DNA of 64,000 bases from positions 1 through 64,000 of the IMG/VR virus record IMGVR_UViG_3300037502_002145. One strand, given 5' to 3'. Source of the DNA: a virus. Made by a program: the position numbers and the translations under genes. The notes below the pieces were generated by a model, which did no database searches, was not told where the DNA came from, and worked only from the letters and a program-made list of their open reading frames with translations. Below, one piece after another: positions 58,303 through 64,000 of this stretch. Positions within the stretch are counted from its first letter, which is position 1; each line of letters opens with the position of its first letter.

Positions 58303-59480
58303 ACAGATTGGTTGTCTATATCCCTACATATCTAGCTTTTATCATATTTAGGACAAACTTTATTAATCCTTTATCATCATTTTTACTGCTGCTACTACTT
58401 CCCCCTCTCTCAACCCTTTAGTCTGTGGTTTGCCTTTTCCCGTTTGCACACTCTGTTGTTTCCCAGTAGCGTACATTTATGTATTCATTCATTATAGTTA
58501 TAGTATTGACATAATGACGATGAATTATACTTGTTTGTAGAATGTAATATATGGAAATTTTAAAAGTAGTTTTATATGGGCTGTTTTAAGCGTTTATTTT
58601 TGTTTAGGTATAGTAGATATCCTAAAATGATTTAAAATGTGTCTACGGACGTGTAGGAAAGCGTAGGGATATTGTTATACATAAAGATTTAGTGTGGAGA
58701 TTAGATATTAGATAAATGAGATTTATATGCTGGTTGATTGTGGTAATTAAAATATATTAAATATTTGAAAGGATTTAAGCTAGTTTTATATTGTAGGTAA
58801 GGTTTATATCACCCAAGTGGTAAAAATGGCTCTACGGGCTTATACGGAAGTCTAGGGATATTATAAATTAATTATATATGTGGTGATTACAATTAAGCAG
58901 ACCTTTTGGTAATATGATCTGCTTATTGTGTTGATGATAATTTGTGGGGAGTATATCAAAAATATCACTGGGATAGTTTAAAGGATTATTTGGGTTAAGT
59001 CAATGGTAATAATTTGAAAACTTCGGTGATGGTATAGTTTGAAGTTGGAGTTTTGTTAGTCGTGATAAGGGTTTGAGGGGATTTTATGGTGTGATATATT
59101 GGGTTAAGTTTGAGTGATAAAAGTTGTAAATTTGGGTGATTTGGGTATGATTCGGAGAAAAGCCAGTGTTTATAAGGGTTTGAGAGATTTGTGGTGATTT
59201 TGGTGAAGTCGGGTAATTGAGTAGGAAAAGTGTGGAGATGGTTGATTTTACTAGGGTTGTCGGATTTTAGGGTTGTATAATTATACATAATGGGAGTGAG
59301 TTTGGTGGGTGAGTTAAAATGGCTGGAATGGTTGATTTTAGTGGGTTTTACCGAAGTGGGTATCGAATAAAAATGGGGGAAATTTGGGGGAAATTGGGAT
59401 GGGAGTTGGATTTTTGAGGTAAGAGGTGAGTGGAATAGATAGGGGCTATTTGGCTATAGAAAAAGTGTCTAAAAATGTAA

Positions 59481-59497
59481 ATATACCCGGGGTATAT
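59481..59497. other. Palindrome ATATACCC-G-GGGTATAT at a strand-composition switch
   Basis: G/T-rich plus strand to the left, C/A-rich to the right. Confidence 0.55.
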
Positions 59498-59749
59498 AGA
59501 TAAATAATGTCATACATTAGTATAGTAATATATGATATTTACTAGTGTTTTAAAGGTTAATATGGTTTTATGTAATTTTACCATATTAACTATTATGTGA
59601 TATTAGTTGAATTGTGACAGTAAGTGGGATCAAGCTTAAAATGTATAGTATACTTTGCATTATTATCATTAATCTGGTATGGTTGATATTAATAATTGAC
59701 AGTGCCAGAGTTCGTTTTAGTCACTTTACTTTTTCAAGTTACTAAAAAG

Positions 59750-59845
59750 TTATCCACAATCTATCCACATTTCTATCCACAATATTCATCTCAATCACAA
59801 AAGTTATCCACATTATCCACATAGTTATCCACCGGTTTATCCACA
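59750..59845 (+). promoter_or_regulatory. Cluster of seven co-oriented DnaA boxes
   Basis: TTATCCACA at 59750, 59804, 59813, 59837; one-mismatch boxes at 59761, 59773, 59825. Confidence 0.85.
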
Positions 59846-60263
59846 ATACATTATGAATAACTATTCACTATAAAGCATAATATTACATCTATGTATATCC
59901 TACTAATTTACTCAGATATAAACTTTACTGACTACTTACCACAATTCAGTCACTATAATATTCATATCAATTTACTATGCATACTATATATTAATAATCT
60001 ATTTAGACAACTATCGAATTAGTTTATCGCTCTAACCATAATCCTAACTGGAAATAAAATATATCAATATTAATCCAATACTATTATACCACACCAAGTC
60101 AACCGGTTACACCAAACTTGATCCAAAATCCATTCTATCACCTACAATATATAGTACCCAATCCCAAGTAATCCCACTCATAACCACTATATATAGCATA
60201 GCAAACTGCACAAATAATAACTATATATACCCAATATATTTGGTAATAATTACACCAATAAAA

Positions 60264-60306
60264 CTAATATAAAACTATAGACAAATAAGTTGAACTATGA
60301 TATAAT
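60264..60306 (+). promoter_or_regulatory. Early-region sigma-A promoter with upstream CTAATATAAAACT site
   Basis: TAGACA-17-(TG)TATAAT at 60278-60306. Confidence 0.75.
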
Positions 60307-60597
60307 AAAGATAGTTAAAGAAGAGATACACAAGTAACCAACAAACCCAATAAGTCGCAAGTCGCACACACTGTACAATGATAATTGAATATAGGTTTTA
60401 AATTAACAACAGTAATATAACACAATGTAATTATATCATACTAGCAACTTATAACTGAAATAATCTTGATACCTGAATCAGAGTAGGATATACACGAAAA
60501 GATGGAGGATAAAACAACAGCAAAAATAAATTGTTATGACTTGTTAGTATTAATAAATACATTGTAACAAACAAAAAATATAATGGAGGTATTCACT

Positions 60598-60984
60598 ATG
60601 AAAAGTAAAAATGAGAAATACAACTACATTATTACAAACTATGATAAATATAACCTTGAATTAACTAATGAGTATGACATGTTAATGCTGTTAAACAAAC
60701 TAGAAGCATACGGAGAAACATTAGATAGTTTACACGATCTTGACGGTAACATGGACGGTTTTTGTGATTTAGTAGTAACAAATAACAGTTTATACACTGA
60801 TTCAGAAGTTGCAAACGCCGTTATGGAATGTAATGCATTTTATGAAAGTAAAGAACAGTATTTAAAATATACAGAAGAAGAAGGAGAAGACTTAGAGTTT
60901 TTATCTGAATTATGGGATAATCAATTAGAAGATGGAACAATAGTAAAAACAACAGATGGTTATGTTGAATTAGCAATCGTATAG
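60598..60984 (+). CDS. ArdA-like acidic antirestriction / DNA-mimic protein
   Basis: Very Asp/Glu-rich; 'YIITNYD...EYD.L..LN.L' and 'G.IVKT.DGYV' resemble the ArdA termini. Confidence 0.5.
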   Translation: MKSKNEKYNYIITNYDKYNLELTNEYDMLMLLNKLEAYGETLDSLHDLDGNMDGFCDLVVTNNSLYTDSEVANAVMECNAFYESKEQYLKYTEEEGEDLEFLSELWDNQLEDGTIVKTTDGYVELAIV

Positions 60985-61002
60985 AAAAGGGGTAAACAGA
61001 AT

Positions 61003-61143
61003 ATGAAACGTGAAACATTGGAACAAATAGCAGTCGATATTTTATCTCTATCAATGGAACACAATGGAGAAGAAGATCAAATAATAGAAGAAGTTAAAAA
61101 CTTATCTGATGAAGAATTACAAAGATTTGTAAACGAATTATAA
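61003..61143 (+). CDS. Small acidic early protein
   Basis: AAGGGG RBS, 46 aa. Confidence 0.55.
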   Translation: MKRETLEQIAVDILSLSMEHNGEEDQIIEEVKNLSDEELQRFVNEL

Positions 61144-61184
61144 ATTGAACTAACATTTTATTCATATTTTAGGAGGTACAGGCA

Positions 61185-61364
61185 ATGAAAAAATATACCT
61201 ATAGTCAACTACCTGCAAGCGGTAAAAAATTAGCACTAGACAATTATCGTTGCATAGTTGAACGTAAAGCAAGTAATAAAGAAGCCCAAGAGTATTATAA
61301 TATGGGTGACGGTTACAATCCTATATTATTTAATAGTGAAGGGAATGAGGTAGACAACGATTAA
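61185..61364 (+). CDS. Small early protein
   Basis: AGGAGG RBS, 59 aa. Confidence 0.6.
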   Translation: MKKYTYSQLPASGKKLALDNYRCIVERKASNKEAQEYYNMGDGYNPILFNSEGNEVDND

Positions 61365-61411
61365 CAGTAAATAGAATTAAGAATTTATCAATATTATAGG
61401 AGGATCTATCC

Positions 61412-61525
61412 ATGAAAGAAAATCAAATAATCGTAGGTTATAAAGAAGGCAAGAAAGTTAAAATTAAAGGTAGTAAGTTAAAATGGAACGTATTAGAACC
61501 TATTACCCTAACAGTTGTAAAATAG
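61412..61525 (+). CDS. Small basic early protein
   Basis: AGGAGG RBS, 37 aa. Confidence 0.5.
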   Translation: MKENQIIVGYKEGKKVKIKGSKLKWNVLEPITLTVVK

Positions 61526-61620
61526 TTAGTCATAGCATAACGGACGGCGTTTTAAATTGGTTCAATTCCAATAATGCTATTATGAAATAAATATAAAACA
61601 TAAAAGGAGATTAAGACAAT

Positions 61621-62289
61621 ATGAAAAACACTAAAATTTTAGAAATGATTAACAATGGAGAAATTGAAGAACTAAAAGCACTATTACAAGATGAAATTTA
61701 CAATGATACGCTAAACAGTAAAGCAGGATCAAAACAACGTTATGCGGCTATGAAACGTTATCAATCAAGTATTGGTAAATATGATAATGAATTATTTAAA
61801 CGTGTAGGCACTAACATTGATATTAAAGGAGAAAATTACAATTGTTTTATTGACGGTGTATGCCTTGCATTAACAACTGAAAACATTGGTGAACTAGAAA
61901 AACATGATAACAATAAACACGGTGAATATTTTAAAGTCGAAAGAATGATACCTGATTTATACATACCTCACGGTAAAGTTAATTATAAAGAAATTCTAGC
62001 AGAAGCAAAACAATTAGGATATAAATTCTCTAAGGTAGCTAAAAATAATAAAATCACTGTTAAAATAAGCAATGAACACTTAAACGTTGCTCTATTAGAA
62101 AAAGCATATAGCATAATAGATGATGGAGAAGAAGCAGAAATATTTATACCTAATGATAATGGAAAAAGTCCAGTAATATTTAAAACTTCAATTGGTATTT
62201 GTTTAGTGTTACCGATTAATATTAACAGCGATAATAATTTAGACTTAGTTATATTTGAAACAGAAATAAAAAATAAAAAAGTAGCTTAA
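61621..62289 (+). CDS. Early protein with a beta-clamp-like C-terminal region
   Basis: 'N..LL.KA..II....EIFI....SPVIFK....LVLPI' resembles the DnaN C-terminal domain. Confidence 0.5.
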   Translation: MKNTKILEMINNGEIEELKALLQDEIYNDTLNSKAGSKQRYAAMKRYQSSIGKYDNELFKRVGTNIDIKGENYNCFIDGVCLALTTENIGELEKHDNNKHGEYFKVERMIPDLYIPHGKVNYKEILAEAKQLGYKFSKVAKNNKITVKISNEHLNVALLEKAYSIIDDGEEAEIFIPNDNGKSPVIFKTSIGICLVLPININSDNNLDLVIFETEIKNKKVA

Positions 62290-62327
62290 TGAAATAAATA
62301 TAAAACATAAAAGGAGGTAATAATATT

Positions 62328-62468
62328 ATGGATCTTGAAAAATTTTTAATAGAGTATGGGTTTTCAAATGAACAAATAAAAACACTTATAAAAAAACGTA
62401 CACTTAAAACAATGCACGGGGCTTATAAGTTAGATAAAAACAACAAGTTAACACTTAAAAGATATTAA
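62328..62468 (+). CDS. Small basic early protein
   Basis: AAGGAGGT RBS, 46 aa. Confidence 0.55.
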   Translation: MDLEKFLIEYGFSNEQIKTLIKKRTLKTMHGAYKLDKNNKLTLKRY

Positions 62469-62519
62469 ATAGACTATAAAATCCTTGTTTTGTTGACAAG
62501 GTAGAAAAGAGGTAAACAG

Positions 62520-62711
62520 ATGCAAAACATTAGAAGAAAGTTAGTTGATAAACTTTGTCAGAACTGGAAATTTGATATAAATAATTTTGATAACATCATC
62601 ATTACAGTAAATAATAAAGGCTATTCAAGAAAAATATATAATCGTTTCTATCCTGAACATGCATATATTAATTTTAAAGGTGAAAAGTATTATTTTGAGA
62701 AGGAGAGGTAA
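62520..62711 (+). CDS. Small early protein
   Basis: GAGGT RBS. Confidence 0.55.
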   Translation: MQNIRRKLVDKLCQNWKFDINNFDNIIITVNNKGYSRKIYNRFYPEHAYINFKGEKYYFEKER

Positions 62712-62718
62712 ACAAATT

Positions 62719-62961
62719 ATGAAAACGGTTGATAATGATAAAATGACAATTACCTATGAAGATGAAAAGCTATCATGTAAGAAATTTATTTATTTAACTT
62801 ATGCAGATAGTAGCGACATAACATTTATCATGGAAGATATAATTGATATAAAATCAGGGCAATACGTTAGCATGGAAGTAAAAGGCTTTTTCTTTGGTGA
62901 ACCAACAATGGAAGGACTAAACGAATATTATAATAAGTTAAAAGCAGAATTCACATTATAA
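62719..62961 (+). CDS. Small early protein
   Basis: GAGGT RBS before MKTVD; 'GFFFGEP' motif. Confidence 0.6.
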   Translation: MKTVDNDKMTITYEDEKLSCKKFIYLTYADSSDITFIMEDIIDIKSGQYVSMEVKGFFFGEPTMEGLNEYYNKLKAEFTL

Positions 62962-62982
62962 AATGAAAGGAAATAATAATAT

Positions 62983-63180
62983 ATGATTATTCAAGCAAGT
63001 AAAACAGAGGAAAATATTTATTTCAACTATGGAGAAGTTAACGAAACAGATCTAGAAAAATTAAAAGATATAGCAGAAGACATATTTCCTATACTGTGCA
63101 ATTCATGGAATTGCGATGATATTACATTCAGATTTGTAAATAACAAAAAAATAATCGATACATTTAGATTATGGAGTTAA
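62983..63180 (+). CDS. Small early protein
   Basis: AAAGGA RBS. Confidence 0.55.
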   Translation: MIIQASKTEENIYFNYGEVNETDLEKLKDIAEDIFPILCNSWNCDDITFRFVNNKKIIDTFRLWS

Positions 63181-63231
63181 ACAGAAACAGTAAACAAAAC
63201 AATTATTTGATTTAAATAGAAGGAGTTTAAC

Positions 63232-63405
63232 ATGATAACAAAAAGTGATATAGAAATGAAAACTTATGCAATATGGAAAGATCAGAAAGTAATAGGTTAT
63301 ATTGAACTAACAGAAGAACAAGCAAACAAATTAAACAGTAATCCTTTAACTGGTTTATATTTTGGTTTTGACAGAGTAACGAATCCAGAAAAGTATGTAC
63401 ATTAA
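63232..63405 (+). CDS. Small early protein
   Basis: AAGGAG RBS; 'IGYIELTEEQA..LN....GLYFG'. Confidence 0.55.
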   Translation: MITKSDIEMKTYAIWKDQKVIGYIELTEEQANKLNSNPLTGLYFGFDRVTNPEKYVH

Positions 63406-63444
63406 TAGAAAGGCTATTTGATCTTATAAGGAGGTTATAAAACA

Positions 63445-63681
63445 ATGTTTGAAATTGACAAAGATTATTTTGCAGACAATCCGCGAAATTATGATGATTG
63501 GATTAAGTATCCGATTACAGTATTCAAAAGAACAAAAAATTATTTATGGATTTACCACAAACACACGTTAAAAGATGAAGAGACTATAAGCGAGGATAAG
63601 TGCAAAAAGGTTAAAATTTATATGACAAATGGAGGATATGAGGGAATAAAAGTTAATGATGCATATTTTTATGCAGCATGA
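63445..63681 (+). CDS. Small early protein
   Basis: AAGGAGG RBS; 'ITV.KRT'. Confidence 0.6.
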   Translation: MFEIDKDYFADNPRNYDDWIKYPITVFKRTKNYLWIYHKHTLKDEETISEDKCKKVKIYMTNGGYEGIKVNDAYFYAA

Positions 63682-63718
63682 AAGGGTTATTTTATCACTA
63701 GGAAGGAGATATTGAACA

Positions 63719-64000
63719 ATGATTAAAGAAGAGTTAAAACAGAAAATAGAAGAACATAAACAGGAAAATATAAGATTATATAACATTTTCCAATATAGAT
63801 TACATGATGAAGAAATGCAAACTCTAATTAATCAATGGAGAGAAGGTAGCGCAAAATTAAAAGCATTAGATAATGAATTGAATCAACTGGAAATGAAAGA
63901 ACGTGACGAAAAACTAGCAAGCAAAGGTAATAAACAGGAAACAAAAACTTTTATAAATGGTTACGGAGAATCAACAAACAAATATATAACAAGTTCAACA
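63719..64000 (+). CDS. Early coiled-coil protein, runs off the window
   Basis: AAGGAG RBS; open to the end of the window. Confidence 0.6.
   Translation, partial: MIKEELKQKIEEHKQENIRLYNIFQYRLHDEEMQTLINQWREGSAKLKALDNELNQLEMKERDEKLASKGNKQETKTFINGYGESTNKYITSST

Larger units (their letters stand above)
1..64000. mobile_element. Large SPbeta-like temperate siphovirus (clostridial host), partial genome
   Basis: Complete head-neck-tail-lysis module, serine integrase, YonO-like RNAP, early small-gene region; no host housekeeping genes anywhere in the window. Confidence 0.95.

Noticed and set aside
58995-59288. 97-aa minus-strand ORF in the non-coding region
   Set aside because: Pro/Thr/Leu/Asn-biased product of the G/T skew, no recognisable motif
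59481-59497. Protelomerase (hairpin telomere) target of a linear plasmid prophage
   Set aside because: Palindrome is short with an unpaired centre, and no protelomerase gene is visible in the window
60460-60505. CTGA...CGAAA segment suggestive of a hammerhead ribozyme
   Set aside because: Lacks the CUGANGA core and the three required stems

Overview
Strongly AT-rich 64-kb segment of a large temperate siphovirus of a clostridial (probably spore-forming) host, organised like Bacillus phage SPbeta. Left to right: HAD nucleotidase; large serine integrase with an apparently intact attP at its 3' end, suggesting the excised/virion form rather than an integrated prophage; then a long minus-strand late region read from ~48.3 kb leftwards. 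That region holds tRNA-Ser, PIN-PhoH, an HNH endonuclease, a phosphoesterase, AntA, terminase, portal, protease, capsid, neck and tail genes, an embedded tyrosine recombinase, tape measure, Dit, tail spike, baseplate/receptor-binding proteins, holins and a CHAP endolysin, interrupted by self-contained 'moron' cassettes, three promoter-driven small RNAs and a type I toxin candidate. To its right lie a helicase / single-subunit YonO-like RNA polymerase operon with a non-canonical DFDMD motif, a plus-strand ParM-ParR-FtsK-relaxase-NERD island bracketed by 69-bp repeats and carrying sporulation-sigma-like promoters, a 2.3-kb non-coding region with a composition-skew inversion, a central palindrome and seven co-oriented DnaA boxes, and an early region of small genes starting with an ArdA-like DNA mimic. 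Several dispersed DNA motif families recur at gene junctions and promoters. All protein calls come from motif recognition by eye; no database searches were run.
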